Shown in pieces: positions 57,300 through 64,000 of a stretch of DNA of 64,000 bases. This stretch comes from the human T2T-CHM13v2.0 reference genome, Homo sapiens. The notes beneath the pieces were generated by a model that searched no databases, had not been told where the DNA came from, and was given only the letters and a program-made list of their open reading frames with translations. The DNA lies in assembly GCF_009914755.1 (NCBI RefSeq), contig NC_060933.1, one strand, 5' to 3'. Position 1 is the first letter of the stretch, and every line of letters starts with the position of its first letter. A program made the translations under genes and the position numbers.

Positions 57300-60200
57300 A
57301 AACAACTCGATTGCAATGGAATGGAATGGAATGGAATGGAAAGGAGTACATTGGAATCAACCCGAGTGGAATGGAATGGAAAGGACTGGAATGGAGTGGA
57401 ATGGAATGGAATGAAATGGAATGGAATCAACCCGACTGGAATGGAATGGAATGGAATGGAATGGAATTAACCCGAATAGAATGGAATGGAATGGAATGGA
57501 ACGGAACGGAATGGAATGGAATGGAATGGAATGGAATGGAATGGAATCAACCCGACTGCAGGGGAATGGAATGGAATGGAAGGCAATGGAATGGATTCAA
57601 CTTGAATGGAATGGAAAGAATGGAATCAACACGAGTGGAATGGCATGGATTGGAATGGAATGGAATGGAATCAACCCGAGTACAGGAGAATGGAATGGAA
57701 TGGAATGCAATGGAATGGAATCATCCGTAATGGAATGGAAAGGAATGGAATGCAATGGAATGGAATGGAATGGAATGGAATGGAATCAACTCGTTTGCAA
57801 TCGAATGGAATGGAATGGAATTAACCCGAATAGAATGGAATGGAATGGAATGGAACGGAACGGAACGGAATGGAACGGAATGGAGTGGAATGGAATGGAA
57901 TGGAATTGTATGGAATGGAATGGCATGGTACGGAATAGAATGGAATGGAAAGAATTGGAATGGAATGGAATGGAATGGAATGGAATGGAATGGAATGGAA
58001 TCAACCAGAGTGCAGGGGAATGTAATGGAAAGGAATGCAATGGAATGGAATCATCCGGAATGGAATGGAATGGAATGGAATGGAATGGAATGGAATCAAC
58101 CCGAGTGCAATGGAATGGAGTGGAATGGAATGGAATGGAATGGAACAACCCGAATGGAAAGGAATGTAATGGAGAGTAAGGGAGTTGAATAGAATCAATC
58201 CGAATGTTATGGAATGGAACGGAATGGAATGGAATGGAATGGAATGGAATGGAATGGAATGCAATGGAATGGAAACAACCCGAGTACAATTGAACGGAAT
58301 GGAATGGAATGTAATGGAATGGAATGTAATGGAATGGAATGGAATGGAATGGAATCAACCCGAGTACAATGGAATGGAGAGTAATGGAATGGAATGGAAT
58401 GGAAACTACCCGTATGGAATGGAATGTAATGGAGCGTAAGGGAATTGAATAGAATCAATCCGAATGGAATGGAATGGAATGGAACGGAATGTAATGGAAT
58501 GGAATGGAATGGAATCAACCCGAGTGCAGACGAATGGAATGGCATGGAATGCAATGGAATGGAATCATCCGGAATGGAATGGAATGGAATGCAATGGAGT
58601 GGAATGGAATGGAATCAACCCGAGTGCAATGGAATGGAGTGAAATGGAATGGAATGGAATGGAAACAACCAGAATGGATTGGAATATAATGGAGTGTAAG
58701 GGAATTGAATAGAATCAATCTGAATGTAATGAAATGGAATGGAACGGAATGGAATGGAATGGAATGGAATGGAATGGAATGCAATGGAATGGAATCAACC
58801 CGAGTGCAATCGAATGGAATCGAATGGAATGGAATGCAATGGAATGGATTCAACTTGAATGGAAAGGAAAGAATGGAATCAACACGAGTGGAATGGCATG
58901 GATTGGAATGGAATGGAATGGAATCAACCCGAGTACAGGGGAATGGAATGGAATGGAATGCAATAGAATGGAATCATCAGTAATGGAATGGAAAGGAATG
59001 GAAAGGACTGGAATGGAATGGAATGGAATGGAATGGAATGGAATCAACTCGATTGCAATCGAATGGAATGGAATGGAATGGAATCAACTCGATTGCAAAC
59101 GAATGGAATGGAATGGAATTAACCCGAATAGAATGGAATGGAATGGAATGGAACGGAACGGAATGGAATGGAATGGAATGGAATGGAACGGAAAGGAATG
59201 GAAAGGAATGGAATGGAATGGAATGGAATGGAATGGAATGGAATGGAATCAACGCGAGTGCAGGGGAATGGAATGGAATCGAATGGAATGGAAAGGAATG
59301 GAATGGAATCAACCCGAGTGCAAGGGAATGTAATGGAACGGAATGCAATGGAATGGAATCATCCGGAATGGAATGGAATGGAATCAACCCGAGTGCAATG
59401 GAATGGAGTGGAATGGAATGGAATGGAATGGAACAACCCGAATGGAATGGAATGTAATGGAGAGTAAGGGAGTTGAAAAGAATCAATCCGAATGTAATGG
59501 AATGGAATGGAACGGAATGGAATGGAATGGAATGGAATGCAATGGAATGGAATCAACCCGAGTACAATGGAATGGAATGGAATGGAATGGAATGGAATGG
59601 AATGGAATGGAATGGAATGGAATGCAATGGAATGGAATCTTCCGGAATGGAATGGAATGGAATGGAATGGAATGGAATGCAATGGATTCAACTCGATTGC
59701 AATGGAATGGAATAGAATGGAATGGAATGGAATGGAATGGAATGGAATTAAACCGAATAGAATGGAATGGAATGGTATGGAACGGAACAGAACGGAACGG
59801 AACGGAACGGAGTGGAATGGAATGGAATGGAATTGTATGGAATGGAATGGAATGGTACGGAATAGAATGGAATGGAAAGAATTGGAATGGAATGGTATCG
59901 AATGGAATGGAATGGAATGGAATGGAATCAACCCGAGTGCAGGGGAATGTAATTGAACGGAATGCAATGGAATGGAATCATCCGGAATGGAATGGAGTGG
60001 AATGGAATGGAATGGAATGGAACAACCAGAATGGAATGGAATGTAATGGAGAGTAAGGGAGTTGAATAGAATCAATCCGAATGTAATGGAATGGAATGCA
60101 ACGGAATGGAATGGAATGGAATGGAATGGAATGCAATGGAATTGAATCAACCCGAGTACAATGGAATGGAATGGAATGGAATGGAATGGAATGGAATGGA

Positions 60201-62450
60201 ATGGAATCAACCCGAGTGCAGGGGAATGGAATGCAATGGAATGCAATGGAATGGAATCATCCGGAATGGAATGGAATGGAATGGAATGCAAAGCAATGGA
60301 ATCAACTCGATTGCAATGGAATGGAATGGAATGGAAAGGAATACATTGGAATCAACCCGAGTGGAATGCAATGGAAAGGACTGGAATGGAGTGGAATGGA
60401 ATGGAATGGAATGGAATGGAATCAACTCGATTGGAATGGAATGGAATGGAATGGAATGGAATTAACCCGAATAGAATGGAATGGAATGGAGCGGAACGGA
60501 ACAGAACGGAATGGAATGGAATGGAATGGAATGGAATGGAATGGAATGGAATGGAATCAACCCGACTGCAGGGGAATGGAATGGAATGGAAGGCAATGGA
60601 ATGGATTCAACTTGAATGGAATGGAAAGAATGGAATCAACACGAGTGGAATGGCATGGATTGGAATGGAATGGAATGGAATCAACCCGAGTACAGGGGAA
60701 TGGAAAGGAATGGAATGGAATGGAATGGAATCATCCGTAATGGAATGGAAAGGAATGGAATGGAATGGAATGGAAAGGAATCAACTCGATTGCAATCGAA
60801 TGGAATGGAATGGAATTAACCCGAATAGAATGGAATGGAATGGAATGGAACGGAACGGAACGGAACGGAGTGGAATGGAATGGAATGGAATTGTATGGAA
60901 TGGAATGGCATGGTACGGAATAGAATGGAATGGAAAGAATTGGAATGGAATGGAATCGAATGGAATGGAATGGAATGGAATGGAATCAACGCGAGTGCAG
61001 GGGAATGTAATAGAACGGAATGCAATGGAATGGAATCATCCGGAATGGAATGGAATGGAATGGAATGGAATGGAATGGAATGGAAAGGAATCAACCCGAG
61101 TGCAATGGAATGGAGTGGAATGGAATGGAATGGAACAACCCGAATGGAATGGAATGTAATGGAGAGTAAGGGAGTTGAATAGAATCAATCCGAATGTAAT
61201 GGAATGGAACGGAATGGAATGGAATGGAATGGAATGGAATGGAATGGAATGCAATGGAATGGAATCAACCCGAGTACAATGGAACGGAATGGAATGGAAT
61301 GGAATGTATTGGAATGGAATGGAATGGAATGGAATGGAATCAACCCGAGTCCAATGGAATGGAGAGGAATGGAATGGAATGGAATGGAAACTACCCGAAT
61401 GGAATGGAATGTAATGGAGTGTAAGGGAATTGAATAGAATCAATCCGAATGGAAAGGAATGGAATGGAACGAAATGTAATGGAATGGAATGGAATGGAAT
61501 CAACCCGAGTGCAGGGGAATGGAATGGAATGGAATGCAATGGAATGGAATCATCCGGAATGGAATGGAATGGAATGCAATGGAATGGAATGGAATGGAAT
61601 CAACCCGAGTGCAATGGAATGGAGTGAAATGGAATGGAATGGAAACAACCAGAATGGATAGGAATATAATGGAGTGTAAGGGAATTGAATAGAATCAATC
61701 TGAATGTAATGAAATGGAATGGAACGGAATGGAATGGAATGGAATGGAATGGAGTGGAATGGAATGCAATGGAATGGAATCAACCCGAGTGCAATCGAAT
61801 GGAATCGAATGGAATGGAATGCAATGGAATGGATTCAACTTGAATGGAAAGGAAAGAATGGAATCAACACGAGTGGAATGGCATGGATTGGAATGGAATG
61901 GAATGGAATCAACCCGAGTACAGGGGAATGGAATGGAATGGAAAGCAATGGAATGGAATCATCAGTAATGGAATGGAAAGGAATGGAAAGGACTGGAATG
62001 GAATGGAATGGAATGGAATGGAATGGAATCAACTCGATTGCAATCGAATGGAATGGAATGGAATTAACCCGAAAAGAATGGAATGGAATGGAATGGAACG
62101 GAACCGAATGGAATGGAATGGAATAGAATGGAACGGAAAGGAATGGAATGGAATGGAATGGAATGGAATGGAATGGAATGGAATCAACGCGAGTGCAGGG
62201 GAATGGAATGGAATCGAATGGAATGGAAAGGAATGGAATGGAATCAACCCGAGTGCAGGGGAATGTAATGGAACGGAATACAATGGAATGGAATCATCTG
62301 GAATGGAATGGAATGGAATGGAATGTAATCAACCCGAGTGCAATGGAATGGAGTGGAATGGAATGGAATGGAATGGAACAACCCGAATGGAATGGAATGT
62401 AATGGAGAGTAAGGGAATTGAAAAGAATCAATCCGAATGTAATGGAATGG
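57300..62450 (+). repeat. ~3.0 kb-spaced duplication (~57.3-59.5 kb / ~60.3-62.45 kb)
   Basis: GGAAGGCAATGG 57578/60588, GGCATGGTACGG 57922/60907, GGAAAGGAAAGAATGG 58861/61846, CATCAGTAATGG 58975/61960. Confidence 0.75.
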
Positions 62451-62604
62451 AATGGAACGGAATGGAATGGAATGGAATGGAATGGAATTAACCCGAGTGC
62501 AATGGAATGGAGTGGAATGGAATGGAATGGAATGGAACAACCCGAATGGAATGGAATGTAATGGAGAGTAAGGGAATTGAAAAGAATCAATCCGAATGTA
62601 ATGG

Positions 62605-64000
62605 AATGGAATGGAACGGAACGGAATGGAATGGAATGGAATGGAATGGAATGGAATGGAGTGGAACGGAAAGGAAAGGAATGGAATGGAATAGAATGGA
62701 ATGGAATGGAATCAACGCGAGTGCAGGGGAATGGAATGGAATGGAATGCAATGGAATGGAATTTTCCGGAATGGAATGGAATGCAATGGAATGGAATGGA
62801 ATGGAATCAACCCGAGTGCAATGGAATGGAGTGGAATGGAATGGAATGGAATGGAACAACCCGAATGGAATGGAATGTAATGGAGAGTAAGGGAGTTGAA
62901 TAGAATCAATCCGAATGTAATGGAATGGAAGGGAACGGAATGGAATTGAATGGAATGGAATGGAATGCAATGGAATGGAATCAACCCGAGTGCTATGGAA
63001 TGGAGAGAAATGGAATGGAATGGAATGGAAACTACCCGAATGGAATGGAATGTAATGGAGTGTAAGGGAATTGAATAGAATCAATCCGAATGTAATGGAA
63101 TGGAATGGAACGGAATGGAACGGAATGGAATGGAATGGAATCAACCCGAGTGCAGGGGAATGGAATGGAAAGGAATGCAATGGATTGGAATCATCCGGAA
63201 TGGAATGGAATGGAATGCAATGGAATGGAATGGAATGGAATCAACCCGAGTGCAATGGAATGGAGTGAAATGGAATGGAATGGAAACAACCAGAATGGAT
63301 TGGAATATAATGGAGTGTAAGGGAATTGAATAGAATCAATCTGAATGTAATGAAATGGAATGGAACGGAATGGAATGGAATGGAATGGAATGGAATGGAA
63401 TGCAATGGAATGGAATCAACCCGAGTATAGGGGAATGGAATGGAATGGAATGCAATGGAATGGAATCATCAGTAACGGAATGGAAAGGAATAGAATGGAA
63501 TGGAATGGAATGGAATGGAATCAACTCGATTGCAATTGAATGGAATGGAATGGAATTAACCCGAATAGAATGGAATGGAATGGAATGGAACGGAACGGAA
63601 CGGAACGGAATGGAATGGAATGGAATGGAATGGAATGGAATGGAGTGGAACGGAAAGGAAAGGAATGGAATGGAATAGAATGGAATGGAATGGAATCAAC
63701 GCGAGTGCAGGGGAATGGAATGGAATGGAATGCAATGGAATGGAATTTTCCGGAATGGAATGGAATGCAATGGAATGGAATGGAATGGAATCAACCCGAG
63801 TGCAATGGAATGGAGTGGAATGGAATGGAATGGAATGGAACAACCCGAATGGAATGGAATGTAATGGAGAGTAAGGGAGTTGAATAGAATCAATCCGAAT
63901 GTAATGGAATGGAAGGGAACGGAATGGAATTGAATGGAATGGAATGGAATGCAATGGAATGGAATCAACCCGAGTGCTATGGAATGGAGAGAAATGGAAT
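62605..64000 (+). repeat. 984-bp tandem repeat (1.4 copies visible; runs off the window end)
   Basis: ATTTTCCGG 62761/63745 and TGCTATGGAATGGAGAGAAA 62991/63975, both at offset 984, with apparently identical intervening sequence. Confidence 0.85.

Larger units (their letters stand above)
1..64000 (+). repeat. Human satellite III (HSat3/SatIII) pericentromeric tandem array, (GGAAT)n with CAACCCGAGT-type decamers, G-rich strand on +
   Basis: Continuous GGAAT pentamers end to end, interspersed with CAACCCGA(G/A)T and its variants, the classical satellite III signature. It lacks the HSat2-type CATTCGATTC/ATGATG pattern. No orientation switch or non-satellite insert was seen. Confidence 0.98.

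Noticed and set aside
4-63968. Hundreds of ORFs (MEWNG repeats on +, FHSIP repeats on -; longest 48748-50127, 459 aa)
   Set aside because: They are an automatic consequence of a stop-free 5-bp repeat. They overlap in all six frames and show no domain content or gene structure.
1-64000. CRISPR-like repeat/spacer arrangement of conserved words
   Set aside because: The 'spacers' are GGAAT runs rather than unique sequence. There is no constant repeat/spacer length, no leader and no cas genes.
1-64000. Transposon insertions (Alu/L1/LTR), poly-A tails or strand inversions
   Set aside because: No non-satellite stretch or (ATTCC)n block was seen on the + strand. The most complex words remain in pentamer register.

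Overview
The whole 64 kb window is one uninterrupted, single-orientation array of human-type classical satellite III (HSat3). It is (GGAAT)n on the + strand, punctuated by in-register variants of the diagnostic CAACCCGAGT decamer (CAACTCGATT, CAACGCGAGT, TAACCCGAAT, CATCC/CTTCC). It most resembles the chr9q12-type HSat3B; that assignment is from memory and unverified. I saw no genes, RNA genes, transposable elements or inversions, and all listed ORFs are repeat artefacts (poly-MEWNG / poly-FHSIP). The information lies in nested structure: 5-bp unit, ordered ~1.7-1.8 kb ancestral monomer, local 1.0/2.06/3.0/3.5/3.65 kb duplications, and a recent ~8.4-8.8 kb / ~5.0 kb unit arranged as a ~13.4-13.8 kb dimer over 1-25.1 kb. 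The array carries 26 perfect tripartite heat-shock elements (GGAATCTTCCGGAAT type) and many copies of a perfect 14-bp palindrome (TCGATTGCAATCGA). Both are lost or degraded in a distinct variant sub-domain at about 44.7-55.6 kb. All coordinates were read by eye, and breakpoints are uncertain by a few pentamers.
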